The notes under the pieces were generated by a model, which had not been told where the DNA came from, did no database searches, and was given only the letters and a program-made list of their open reading frames with translations. 61,509 bases of DNA from a virus (taxonomy: Duplodnaviria > Caudoviricetes). The DNA is taken from positions 1 through 61,509 of the IMG/VR virus record IMGVR_UViG_3300050011_000416. One strand, 5' to 3'. Of the stretch, positions 8,458-17,600 are shown piece after piece. How positions within the stretch are numbered: the stretch's first letter is position 1; the number at the start of each line of letters is the position of its first letter. The position numbers and the translations under genes were made by a program.

Positions 8458-8534
8458 AGGCAGTGGGTGCTGTGAGACGTGCAGACTAAATGACTCCTCG
8501 TACGGGATAAATCGGAATAGTCAGCCCACTGTTT
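8458..8534 (+). ncRNA. Candidate companion stem-loop RNA after copy 2
   Basis: AGGCAGTGGG/CCCACTGTTT outer stem and GACTA/TAGTC inner stem; intergenic. Confidence 0.4.
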
Positions 8535-8553
8535 TAATTTTAGGGAAAAATAT

Positions 8554-8712
8554 ATGAAGTGGTTATACAGAATCATTAGATTGTTCAAATGTCCTCACAA
8601 GTATGTCCAAACTAGCGGTCGCCTAAGAATAATTTTTGGCAATTTCTCAAACCACTACGGGTATATGAAGGCGTGTACTCGCTGTGGTAAAAACAAGGGG
8701 TTTAGGTATTAA
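8554..8712 (+). CDS. Small hypothetical zinc-binding protein (52 aa, not in ORF track)
   Basis: Translates to MKWLYRIIRLFKCPHKY...ACTRCGK with CxH and CxxC; AGGG SD. Confidence 0.5.
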   Translation: MKWLYRIIRLFKCPHKYVQTSGRLRIIFGNFSNHYGYMKACTRCGKNKGFRY

Positions 8713-8714
8713 AT

Positions 8715-8948
8715 ATGAAAAAGGAACTTGAAGCATTTGTAGAAGGCCAGCTTTGTTACGTAGTTCTTAGACCCTATCAGGGTGAGGGTGAGCCAGTTCT
8801 TATTCTCCATGAAGCCAATGTGGCCGACTTGGGAGGCGGCTTCTATTATGGCAACGGACGTACATGGGTTTTGCAACCTCATGTTTCTATCTATGACGAG
8901 CAAGCCGCCACCCTATACGAAGGAAATTCCGATGATTCTCCAGTTTAA
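8715..8948 (+). CDS. Hypothetical protein
   Basis: Packed between neighbouring ORFs. Confidence 0.45.
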   Translation: MKKELEAFVEGQLCYVVLRPYQGEGEPVLILHEANVADLGGGFYYGNGRTWVLQPHVSIYDEQAATLYEGNSDDSPV

Positions 8949-9261
8949 ATCCTACATCTATCGCTATACTGGAATCTACCTTGCCCATAAAGAAGAGCTA
9001 GAGTACTTATCGGACGATAAGCTCTGGAACGATATGGAACTAAGGCTTAAGGCTCCAGATAACGATATGTCTCTTGCTAATTGGGTAAGCGTGGAAATTG
9101 GTATGTGGCAGGCATGCCATGGATTCTGTAGACCCATGGTAAGTTGGACTTGGAAGTATCGTAATGTTCTGTTTGGCATACCCGCATCTTTGGTTAATTC
9201 GGCAGTATCTATTTGGTGGGACCTTAAAAGTCTTATAAGTAAGATGTTGTCAATTAAATAA
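8932..9261 (+). CDS. Hypothetical protein
   Basis: ATG 8932 behind AAGGA, overlapping the upstream gene end. Confidence 0.45.
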   Translation: MILQFKSYIYRYTGIYLAHKEELEYLSDDKLWNDMELRLKAPDNDMSLANWVSVEIGMWQACHGFCRPMVSWTWKYRNVLFGIPASLVNSAVSIWWDLKSLISKMLSIK

Positions 9262-9297
9262 GTTTATATACGAATTTTCTTGTTATTTTTAAACATA

Positions 9298-9306
9298 TGA
9301 TATAAT
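9298..9306 (+). promoter_or_regulatory. Extended -10 promoter for the NAD operon
   Basis: TGaTATAAT, 75 nt upstream of the Prs-like gene. Confidence 0.55.
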
Positions 9307-9380
9307 CTTTTATATAAGGCAGGTCTACCACTAAACCCTAGATTGATATGGGCTTACAGTAGGTCTAAGAAAAGGAGCCT

Positions 9381-10145
9381 ATGTTATACTTAAACGGTCA
9401 ACTAGTCAATGTCACCATGTTTCCGGACAACACCTCTCAGGTATGGAAACTTCCCCACCATATATCTAATTCGGATTATGCCTGGGTAGATTGGTCTTTC
9501 TCTAATGAAAGTGAAATTCTTCACTTAGCTCAATTAAAAACCCTCCTTGATCATTATGGAGCCCCCACTTCTCTAAGAATTCGATATTTGCCATATGGTC
9601 GTCAAGACAAAGTAGTGTCCAATCATACTACCTTTGCTCTCATAACATTTTCTCAAATTCTGAACAATATGAGTTTCGATAATATTGAAATTATCGATCC
9701 ACATAGCACTATCGCTACCGATCTAATCAAAAATTCAGTCGCTATTCAATCCACGAAGATTTCAGAACTTTGGAATACCGGAGAGTACGATGTGGTTTGC
9801 TACCCAGACAAAGGGGCTCTTTCTAAGTATACTAAGCTATACGATTACCCTTATATGCATGGGGAAAAGGTTCGTGACCAAATTACCGGGAATATTACAA
9901 GCTATCAAATTGTAGGTGATCCTGCTGGCAAAAATGTCTTGATTGTTGATGACATTTGCGATGGTGGAATGACCTTTAGACTTCTGGCCAAAGACCTACT
10001 GGCTGCGGGTGCAAAGAGCGTGGTGCTTTTCGTGACTCACGGAATCTTCTCAAAGGGAACAAGAATTCTCTTTGAATCAGGGATTCAACGGATTTTTACT
10101 CAGGATGGTGAAGTGAGTAATCGTCATGGCACTTTCTATTTATAG
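9381..10145 (+). CDS. PRPP-synthetase-like protein (probable ADPR-PP synthetase, Adps of NARP1)
   Basis: FPD, YLPYGRQDK, DPHS, PDKGA, VLIVDDICDGGMT and VTHGIFS motifs of the Prs family; adjacent to a NAMPT-like gene. Confidence 0.85.
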   Translation: MLYLNGQLVNVTMFPDNTSQVWKLPHHISNSDYAWVDWSFSNESEILHLAQLKTLLDHYGAPTSLRIRYLPYGRQDKVVSNHTTFALITFSQILNNMSFDNIEIIDPHSTIATDLIKNSVAIQSTKISELWNTGEYDVVCYPDKGALSKYTKLYDYPYMHGEKVRDQITGNITSYQIVGDPAGKNVLIVDDICDGGMTFRLLAKDLLAAGAKSVVLFVTHGIFSKGTRILFESGIQRIFTQDGEVSNRHGTFYL

Positions 10146-10156
10146 GAGATTATAAA

Positions 10157-11656
10157 ATGGAAAACTTTAGCGCAATGTTGTTATGTGATTTTTATAAATT
10201 GTCTCATCGTTTGATGTATCCAGGAAAGACGGAGGTTGTCTATTCTACTTGGACTCATCGAGCCAGTCGAATTAAAGAAGTTGATCACGTCGTAGTAGCT
10301 GGTAATCAAAGGTTTATTAAGAAATTCTTAATTGATTTCTTTTACGAAAACTTCTTTTGTAGGAATAAACAAAATGTGGTGGAAGAATATGCCCGTATCG
10401 TCAAGTATACGCTTGGCGTCGCCAATCCAGACACCTCGCATATCGAGGAACTCCACGATCTTGGATATCTTCCTTTGCTCATCAAAGCGGTTCCAGAAGG
10501 AACTCTTTTACCACTCCGAGTCCCTTCGATGACCATTCAGAACACAGATAAAAGGTTTTTCTGGTTAACCAACTATATTGAGACCCTTGCTTCTTGTGAA
10601 CTCTGGCCCACCTATACTGCGGCTACTATCGCCCATGAGTATCGTAAGTTACTAGATGCTGGAGCTATGAAGACTGTAGGTAATACAGATTTTGTGCCTT
10701 TTCAAGGGCATGATTTCAGCATGAGGGGTATGATGGGCATTGAAGCCGCCTCAAATACTGGATTAGGCCATCTTCTTTCTTTTGTTGGTACTGACACTAT
10801 TCCTGCAATTCTAGCTGCAGAATACTACTATAAGGCCAATGTGGAGAAGGAATTGGTCGGTACTTCCATTCCAGCCACCGAGCATAGCATTCAATGTGCT
10901 TATGGGGACGATCTGGCCTATCTTAAGCGCATGATTACCGAAGTGCATCCAACCGGATTTGTATCTGTTGTTTCTGATGGGTATGACTTCTGGGACGTTA
11001 TTGGTCGAGTTCTTCCCCTTCTTAAGGAAGATATTATGGCTCGTAAGGGTGGTCCTGTAGGAGATCGAGTCGTTATTAGACCCGATTCTGGAGACCCAGT
11101 AAAAATCGTTTGTGGTGATCCTGATGCCCCTAAGGGAAGTTTGGAACACAAAGGGGCAGTCGAAGCTCTCTGGAACATCTTTGGTGGTACGTACACCTTT
11201 ATGGACAATCCCACAAAAACTCAGTATAAGGTTCTAGATTCTCATATTGGCCTAATTTATGGGGACGCTATTACCCTTCGTAGGGCTGAAGAGATTATCA
11301 ATCGGTTGGCCGAAAAGGGATTTGCCTCTATCAATGTCGTATTTGGTATTGGATCTTATACTTACCAATACAATACCCGTGATACATTCGGATTTGCTTT
11401 GAAATCAACTGCATGTGTCATTGATGGTGTAGAAAAGCAAATCTTCAAGGATCCTAAGACAGATGATGGGATCAAGAAGTCACAAAAAGGTAAGGTTCAC
11501 GTCTATAGAGCTAATGGCAAGATCACATTCTCAGATGGGCATAGCCTAGCTTCTGAATTATCTGTGGACTTGTTGCAACCCATCTTCAAAGATGGTAAGA
11601 TGCTTAATGTGCAAACCTTTCAACAAATCAGAACCAGATTATTGGAGAGTAAGTGA
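10157..11656 (+). CDS. Nicotinamide phosphoribosyltransferase-like protein (probable Namat of NARP1)
   Basis: DFYKLSH, HDFSMRG, SIPATEHS, SVVSDGYD, VIRPDSGDP, GLIYGDAI, RDTFGFALK and KKSQKG motifs of the NAMPT/NadV family. Confidence 0.9.
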   Translation: MENFSAMLLCDFYKLSHRLMYPGKTEVVYSTWTHRASRIKEVDHVVVAGNQRFIKKFLIDFFYENFFCRNKQNVVEEYARIVKYTLGVANPDTSHIEELHDLGYLPLLIKAVPEGTLLPLRVPSMTIQNTDKRFFWLTNYIETLASCELWPTYTAATIAHEYRKLLDAGAMKTVGNTDFVPFQGHDFSMRGMMGIEAASNTGLGHLLSFVGTDTIPAILAAEYYYKANVEKELVGTSIPATEHSIQCAYGDDLAYLKRMITEVHPTGFVSVVSDGYDFWDVIGRVLPLLKEDIMARKGGPVGDRVVIRPDSGDPVKIVCGDPDAPKGSLEHKGAVEALWNIFGGTYTFMDNPTKTQYKVLDSHIGLIYGDAITLRRAEEIINRLAEKGFASINVVFGIGSYTYQYNTRDTFGFALKSTACVIDGVEKQIFKDPKTDDGIKKSQKGKVHVYRANGKITFSDGHSLASELSVDLLQPIFKDGKMLNVQTFQQIRTRLLESK

Positions 11657-12102
11657 TTTTTTATAAAAAGGGTGATCTATTTAAAGCACCAGAACAACTG
11701 CTCGCACATGGGGTTAACTGTTCTGGTGCCTTTGGAAGTGGTGTAGCGGCTGGGATGGCTCTTAATCATATTGTAGCTAGAAATTCATATTTTTTCAAAT
11801 ACACAGAGTTTGGGTGGGAGCTAGGCGATGTACAATTCATTGTTTCTAACAATAAATGGATTGCCAATTGCGCAACTCAGCTTAATTATCTTCCTAGAAC
11901 TATGTGCCATGCTGATTATCCAGCAATAGAAGCCGCTATGCTTAAAGTTAAAGAATTTGCTATGAAAGACGGACTCACTGTCGCTATGCCCAAAATTGGA
12001 GCCGGATTGGCTGGGGGTGATTGGAATATAATCAAGGCAATCCTAGAGAAAGTTTTTAATGATTACGATGCTACTGTTTATGAACTTTTAACAGTTAAGT
12101 GA
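11653..12102 (+). CDS. Macrodomain (ADP-ribose binding/hydrolase) protein
   Basis: KGDLF, AHGVNCSGAFGSGVA and MPKIGAGLAGGDW motifs. Start overlaps the NAMPT-like stop. Confidence 0.9.
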   Translation: MIFYKKGDLFKAPEQLLAHGVNCSGAFGSGVAAGMALNHIVARNSYFFKYTEFGWELGDVQFIVSNNKWIANCATQLNYLPRTMCHADYPAIEAAMLKVKEFAMKDGLTVAMPKIGAGLAGGDWNIIKAILEKVFNDYDATVYELLTVK

Positions 12103-12614
12103 AAGCTATCTAATCCGTCAACCATCTTCAAGAATCCGGCAAAAGCTTCTTTGCTACTGGCAACCATAAGATCTGTCTCACTATTTCCCAATAACACGCA
12201 TCCAGCCGAATCGAAGTTATAGTTGCCTGGATGGAATAGGACTCCAGTCACATTTTTTCCTTGAAACTGAGGAATTCCTTTAATTTCAAAAGTATTAATT
12301 TCCTTCAGTTCTGGCCCTAAGTGATGGATACCCCTAACACAAGTATATTCACCATCGGCAAGTTTAGGTTTGTTGTCATAAGAATGCTCCAAAGTATATG
12401 CAACAAATGCACCACCATCTTCACATAACTGACCAAAAATACCAGCAGCACAAAACCTATTATGCGTTAATGTGAAAGACATAGATTTTTCCTTGTCTGC
12501 TATTTTAGGACTATCCACTTTTGGGGAACTTTGACCAACAGGAATACTGACAGATACTTCATTTTTTGCAAAAAGGCCAACTATAATCTCCAACATACTA
12601 TCAAAAAAACTCAT
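12078..12614 (-). CDS. DUF5675-like protein (L,D-transpeptidase-like, putative endolysin/peptidoglycan enzyme)
   Basis: YTLE...GEY...VLFHPGN...DSAGCVLLG pattern; preceded by the CAATCTTA motif. Confidence 0.65.
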   Translation of the reverse strand: MSFFDSMLEIIVGLFAKNEVSVSIPVGQSSPKVDSPKIADKEKSMSFTLTHNRFCAAGIFGQLCEDGGAFVAYTLEHSYDNKPKLADGEYTCVRGIHHLGPELKEINTFEIKGIPQFQGKNVTGVLFHPGNYNFDSAGCVLLGNSETDLMVASSKEAFAGFLKMVDGLDSFHLTVKSS

Positions 12615-12658
12615 AAAAACCTCTTTACATTTGATGCATATACCTTTAAGATTGTCAT

Positions 12659-12976
12659 ATGAGGCTCAGAGTCGAACTTGGCTACGAAGCCATAAAAGAA
12701 GTGACCTGGTATGCTCGATTAGATGATTTCCCCAAATTAATCAAGTACATGGGATTCAATTATGAATGGATTATGTATGACAAAGATCTCACCGGAAAAG
12801 TGGATATAGTCCTATCCTATGCCAGACTTCCAACCTATGACCCTAATTATGGCGTCATATGTACTTTATGGGTAGATATGTATCCAGACATTCCTTCGGA
12901 ATGTGATTGTGGTGCAAAATATACCAGTTTTAGTTGGGACCATATGAGAATGTGTAAACTTTGGAGAAAATGGTGA
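12659..12976 (+). CDS. Hypothetical protein
   Basis: ORF upstream of the ligase with a C-terminal CDCGA...H...C motif. Confidence 0.5.
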   Translation: MRLRVELGYEAIKEVTWYARLDDFPKLIKYMGFNYEWIMYDKDLTGKVDIVLSYARLPTYDPNYGVICTLWVDMYPDIPSECDCGAKYTSFSWDHMRMCKLWRKW

Positions 12977-12979
12977 AAT

Positions 12980-14143
12980 ATGAATTTTCCTAGATTGTTT
13001 AAGAAAACAAGTACTGGAGCTATCCAATTTTGGGATATTGTAGCAAACAATACCCTCGTGGACGATACCGGTGATGATGAGATTGCTTACCTGGCTACGA
13101 TTAAGACTATTTATGGACAGCTTAATACCGATAGCCCTCAAGTTACGTGGGACCATATTAAGATCGGCAAAAACATTGGTAAAAAGAATGAAACTTCGGC
13201 ATTTGACCAAGCAAAATCAGAAGCCAAATCTAGATGGGAAAAGAAGAAAAAGACTGGATATGTAGAAAATCTAGCATCAGCAGAAAACGATGAAACGGAT
13301 GACCTAATTCAGGGTGGCATAGTTCCTATGTTGGCCCATACCTTTGAGAAGCAAGGCCATAAGATCAAGTATCCCTGCTATGTTCAACCCAAATTAGACG
13401 GCATCCGATGTATCGCTATTATGAAGGACGGAAAGTGTACCCTTTGGTCCAGAACCCGTAAGCCCATTACTTCGTGTCCACATATTGTGGAAGAGATTGA
13501 GAATAATTTTAAGAATGTAGATATAGTTCTTGATGGGGAATTATATAATTCAGAATTTAGCAATAACTTTGAACACATTGTTCATTTGGTTCGTCAAGAG
13601 GAGCCAGATCCACAGCATACAGATGTGCAATACCACATTTACGATGTCGTTAACGATCAAACTTTTGATTATAGAATTCTTTCTTTAACTAAAAAGTTTT
13701 CATCTTCAAAAACCCCTAATTTCAAATACTTAAAATTGGTCGATACTTATATGGTGGACGAGGAAGGCATAATACCAAATTGGTTTTTAGAATTTACTAA
13801 TCAAAGTTATGAAGGCGCTATGCTTCGAAATTCCAAAGGTCTCTACGTCAATAAGCGCTCCGCAGACCTAATTAAGGTCAAGGAGATGAAGGAGGAAGAG
13901 TTTAAAATCATAGGTGTAGAAGAAGGTCGCGGAAAACTTTCAGGCCATGTGGGGGCGTTTGTTTGTAAAATAGGCGATCAAGAATTTAAGGCTAAAATGT
14001 CTGGGTCTACAGAGAAACTAAAAGAATATTTTGAAAATAATAGCCTTTGGGAAGGCAAAAAATTAACAGTCCAATTCCAAGATTTTACTTCGTATGGACT
14101 TCCGAGATTTCCTGTAGGAAAAGCTATTCGCGACTATGAGTGA
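12980..14143 (+). CDS. ATP-dependent DNA ligase
   Basis: QPKLDGIRC (motif I), LDGELY, YDV, EGAMLR, LIKVK and PRFP motifs. Confidence 0.92.
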   Translation: MNFPRLFKKTSTGAIQFWDIVANNTLVDDTGDDEIAYLATIKTIYGQLNTDSPQVTWDHIKIGKNIGKKNETSAFDQAKSEAKSRWEKKKKTGYVENLASAENDETDDLIQGGIVPMLAHTFEKQGHKIKYPCYVQPKLDGIRCIAIMKDGKCTLWSRTRKPITSCPHIVEEIENNFKNVDIVLDGELYNSEFSNNFEHIVHLVRQEEPDPQHTDVQYHIYDVVNDQTFDYRILSLTKKFSSSKTPNFKYLKLVDTYMVDEEGIIPNWFLEFTNQSYEGAMLRNSKGLYVNKRSADLIKVKEMKEEEFKIIGVEEGRGKLSGHVGAFVCKIGDQEFKAKMSGSTEKLKEYFENNSLWEGKKLTVQFQDFTSYGLPRFPVGKAIRDYE

Positions 14144-14461
14144 TAATTTCCCCAAATATATGTTGGCGTTTTTAGCACTTATTTACTTATTAAGCTGCTC
14201 TGCAGAAGTTTTGCTAGTTAAAAGTGGAGTAGAGCTGGTATTTGAATCAGTAAAGTCTTTGGTTCCCCATATGACGATGTTCATTTTAGGATTTTATTTT
14301 TCAAGAAAGTAGGGGCTTATGGAAAACGATGTAACGAAAACGTTCCAGCAATATTTAGCGGACGCTCTTGGGCAAGAATTTAATAAATACGATATATGGC
14401 ATATGACCCTCTTTGAATTTTTTGAGGCCGGATATGAAGCGGGGTACAACAGCGGATCAGA

Positions 14462-14740
14462 TTGTGGGATGCTATGATAGCAATTTTTTATGATCGCAAG
14501 AATAAGAGGGAAGTGTCATCGGGCCAGCTGATGGAGGCCAAATTAATGGAAGAAATTCTAACAGTTGACGGGAATGGCTGTAAGGATTTCGCTATTTATC
14601 ATCCGGACAGATACGAAGCCTTTATAACTGAAAGGATGGTAGGAGAGTTGGCCTATAAAAGCCCCAATTGTCCTAAGCATAAGAACTGGGATGTTTGGAC
14701 CAATACAGTAGACCTAGTTTTTCTTAGGATGGAAGAGTAG
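14462..14740 (+). CDS. Hypothetical protein
   Basis: One of a run of small plus-strand ORFs. Confidence 0.4.
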   Translation: MWDAMIAIFYDRKNKREVSSGQLMEAKLMEEILTVDGNGCKDFAIYHPDRYEAFITERMVGELAYKSPNCPKHKNWDVWTNTVDLVFLRMEE

Positions 14741-14741
14741 A

Positions 14742-14963
14742 ATGGACGACCATAAAAGTAGAGATGCTGAATCTAAGAAAAAGCGCCATATAAGTCGTAG
14801 AACGCAATTGCGCAATTTGGACAAAAGTATTAAGATGTTACATAAATTAAATCGATTATTGTGTCATGAGAAAATTCAATGGATTGACAGGTATAGGGAA
14901 TTAGAAAAAAGACTTACCGAGACTCAAAAACTGTTACCTTTTTGGATAAGGAAGGTTCCCTGA
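14742..14963 (+). CDS. Hypothetical protein
   Basis: Abuts the previous ORF. Confidence 0.4.
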   Translation: MDDHKSRDAESKKKRHISRRTQLRNLDKSIKMLHKLNRLLCHEKIQWIDRYRELEKRLTETQKLLPFWIRKVP

Positions 14964-15137
14964 TATGACAGTGCAAGAATTCTTAGATCGCATGAATCAA
15001 CTACCTTCAGAAGTTAAAGCGTTGGAACTAGGATTTTTTGATTTCGGCAACGAAGATTTGGAATGGTTAGATTTCTACCTTGAGAACGAAAATTGGAAGA
15101 ACTGGAGCGGTGAAGGGGACCATACGTTTGTGATTTG

Positions 15138-16991
15138 CTAACTTTCTTCGTGCTGTTCCTTATACTCATCATGATCCAAAGAAACAAAGGATACAAAGCC
15201 ATTCTTAAATCCCCATCCAGTAGGAAGTTCTGCCAAGGAACACCTACAATTGTGGCTCACAATTCCGTTTACTACAAAACTTTCATCGTCTTCTACTGTA
15301 AGATCGTATAGTTTTTGCATAGATGCTTGTCCATACTCTAATTTGTTTATCTTTAATGGTTTGTAAAAATATTGCCCTAGAGAGTTCTTGCTTACCCTTT
15401 CAATATCTTCTACTATTTTATTCATTTCGTATCCAGGGCCATATCTTAGTACATGATATCCGCATTTTTGCAAATAACTATCTCTACCGGCCTGCTTTTT
15501 GAGAAAATTTTCCATAGTCATCTTACCGGATAGAACTGGAAGATAGTGTCCGCCCCCATCATATTCTAGAATAACCTTAAGATCTTCAATTACGCCGTCT
15601 ACGGTCCATTTGTGCATAAGTTGTTGCGGGGCCAACGTTGGATAAAACTCTCTTACTTCATTTATAAAAACGCTCTCTTCTTTAGAAATTCTAGGCATTA
15701 ATGAATTTAGCTTGGCTCTATGCAACGCCAAAAATTCCTTATTTTCTTCTTTTTGAGCCCAAAATTCTCCTTTTTTGATAAGTTCCCTAGTAGCCTCATT
15801 AGCCTTAAACATCAATTCAAGCATTCTCTCTGGATTATTTTTAGCAAATTCAGTCATTTGTTTAGCAGATTTAATAGAAATATTTTTTTTGTGGTCTGGA
15901 TCTTTCCATTGAAAAGAGGCCATACATTTTTTTGAACAAAAAATTCCCTTTAAGTTATTTCTCTTATCGTTACCCCATTTTATGGGCATTTCATAATTGC
16001 AGCTACTACAAGTAGAATAAAGCTGCATAAGTTCATCATTTTCTGTTAAATTTCTGGCCTCTACCCATCCGCGACTAGTCAGAAATTGATGTTCAGGAGT
16101 AACACTAAGACTTTGCTGCTTCTTCCAATGATTTTTCCCATTACTTTTTCTAGTTCCTTCAAAGAAAACCTTAATCATCTTGCCATTATAAGGCTTTGTC
16201 CAATTTTCTAGAGTATCTAAAACAGTCTTAAACTTTCCTGTGTGGGTCAACACTCTATCGCCGATCTTAACCTTATCGATTCTTAAATATCCCGCATGCT
16301 CTGTGTATATGTGAGCATTTCGACTAGTAAAACAATGGGGGTGTTCTCCGCAAGCACTTGGCCTATCTTCTCCGCGCTTATGATATCCCATGGATAGTTC
16401 ACTCATTTTATAAGTTTTTGGTGTTACTCCATCAGGCATCATATGAAGTTTAACACATTCCGAGCATGCTTGTCCATCTCTTACTATAATAAAAAATACT
16501 GTAGGATCCTCAATTCCCTGCGCTTCTGTCCTACCAACTATTTCCATAGTATGACCCATATTGCGAGTTTTGGTAGTTTCCGCTTCTGCAATTAGCCTCA
16601 TATGGCTTCTAGCTTTTTCCATATGTTCTGAGATAATGTCTGTCACCTGATTAGCTGTGACATGTTCTCCTCTAGTTTTAGCTTCTTTCACCAAGGCATC
16701 CACAGCTTCTGTTACATCGGAACTAGTCTTGCCCCTCAATCCTTCAATATATCCATAGGAACTATTCAAGATAGAACGGAGAACGTCACGTTCAAAGATA
16801 TTAGGTTCTTTGTTATTCATGGCCTGTAAGAAGATGTGGGCCAAACTAAATTTGGGTTGGGATCCAAAGAATTCCATCTTTTTATCCCTGAGCTTGGGGA
16901 TATTGCCCAATAGGTGATAGGCTAGACGATCAAACATCTTTTCTACAGCAATCCCGATAGCTTCTTTGCCAGAACTGCTTATCCCGTACAT
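15138..16991 (-). CDS. Head morphogenesis protein (Mu gpF/SPP1 gp7-like) containing an intein
   Basis: RLIAEAETT, D..ACSEC and a split HPH|CRC motif typical of gpF; lies downstream of the portal. Confidence 0.8.
   Translation of the reverse strand: MYGISSSGKEAIGIAVEKMFDRLAYHLLGNIPKLRDKKMEFFGSQPKFSLAHIFLQAMNNKEPNIFERDVLRSILNSSYGYIEGLRGKTSSDVTEAVDALVKEAKTRGEHVTANQVTDIISEHMEKARSHMRLIAEAETTKTRNMGHTMEIVGRTEAQGIEDPTVFFIIVRDGQACSECVKLHMMPDGVTPKTYKMSELSMGYHKRGEDRPSACGEHPHCFTSRNAHIYTEHAGYLRIDKVKIGDRVLTHTGKFKTVLDTLENWTKPYNGKMIKVFFEGTRKSNGKNHWKKQQSLSVTPEHQFLTSRGWVEARNLTENDELMQLYSTCSSCNYEMPIKWGNDKRNNLKGIFCSKKCMASFQWKDPDHKKNISIKSAKQMTEFAKNNPERMLELMFKANEATRELIKKGEFWAQKEENKEFLALHRAKLNSLMPRISKEESVFINEVREFYPTLAPQQLMHKWTVDGVIEDLKVILEYDGGGHYLPVLSGKMTMENFLKKQAGRDSYLQKCGYHVLRYGPGYEMNKIVEDIERVSKNSLGQYFYKPLKINKLEYGQASMQKLYDLTVEDDESFVVNGIVSHNCRCSLAELPTGWGFKNGFVSFVSLDHDEYKEQHEES
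15249..16334 (-). mobile_element. Intein (362 aa) with a DUF559/Vsr-like endonuclease domain
   Basis: Begins CFTSRNAHI, block B VTPEHQFLTSRGW, ends LYDLTVEDDESFVVNGIVSHN followed by Cys+1. Internal VDGVIEDLKVILEYDGGGH...RDSYLQKCGYHVLRY. Confidence 0.9.
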
Positions 16992-16994
16992 TAA

Positions 16995-17600
16995 TTAGCC
17001 TTTGAGAAGTTGCTCGTAATTAAGGGTTTTGGTGATGGTCTCAGTAGCCTTAGCTTTCTCTTCATCAAAACTTTTCATAAAATCTTTGACGATTTCCTCT
17101 TGCATATTGAGGGCCTTTTGGGCAGGCACGCTCATGTTCTTGGTAGCAGACCTACTAAGAGTAAAAGGGGCTTTCATGGCCTTACCAATAGCTGCAATTG
17201 CCTTTTCGGATTTTCGGAGATCGGAGATATCTTTTAAGCTTTTCTGGAATGCTTTAATGCCATTCAAGGACTTTTGAAATTCCGCTTGTTCTGGAGAACC
17301 AGGTTTTGACTGACCAAGCATTCCTTCAAGTTGGCCAATGTGCTGATCAAGTTCCGAACCATCTGGAGATTCCGGAGAGTTCATTTCCTGTCCTGGCTGA
17401 GCATTTGGATCCTGTCCAGGTTGACCTGGCTGCCCCATTTGAGCTTGCTGCGCCTGTTCAGCCGAAGCCTGAGCTTGCTGCGCCTGTTGGACTTGGCCCT
17501 GTCTCATACCTTCTTCTACGCCTAACCGAAAGGCAAGATCGACAGTGTCTTTAAACTTGAGTTTAAGTTCTTTGTATTTATTCTTATAATCAACTTGCAT
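16995..17600 (-). CDS. Hypothetical head-associated protein (Gln-rich)
   Basis: Lies between portal and gpF-like genes; has several K-S/K-A motifs. Confidence 0.55.
   Translation of the reverse strand: MQVDYKNKYKELKLKFKDTVDLAFRLGVEEGMRQGQVQQAQQAQASAEQAQQAQMGQPGQPGQDPNAQPGQEMNSPESPDGSELDQHIGQLEGMLGQSKPGSPEQAEFQKSLNGIKAFQKSLKDISDLRKSEKAIAAIGKAMKAPFTLSRSATKNMSVPAQKALNMQEEIVKDFMKSFDEEKAKATETITKTLNYEQLLKG

Noticed and set aside
8458-8534. Hammerhead or other known small ribozyme in the companion hairpins
   Set aside because: No CTGANGA/GAAA core in correct arrangement on either strand, and I could not match other ribozyme consensus by eye.
9381-11656. Classical NAD salvage (NARP2: NAMPT + NMNAT)
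   Set aside because: No NMNAT/NadR-like gene is in the window and the partner is Prs-like, which fits NARP1 better. An NMNAT elsewhere in the genome is not excluded.
17380-17500. Short repeats (TGAGCTTGCTGCGCCTGTT x2)
   Set aside because: These encode the Gln/Ala-rich low-complexity protein segment and are not a DNA-level element.
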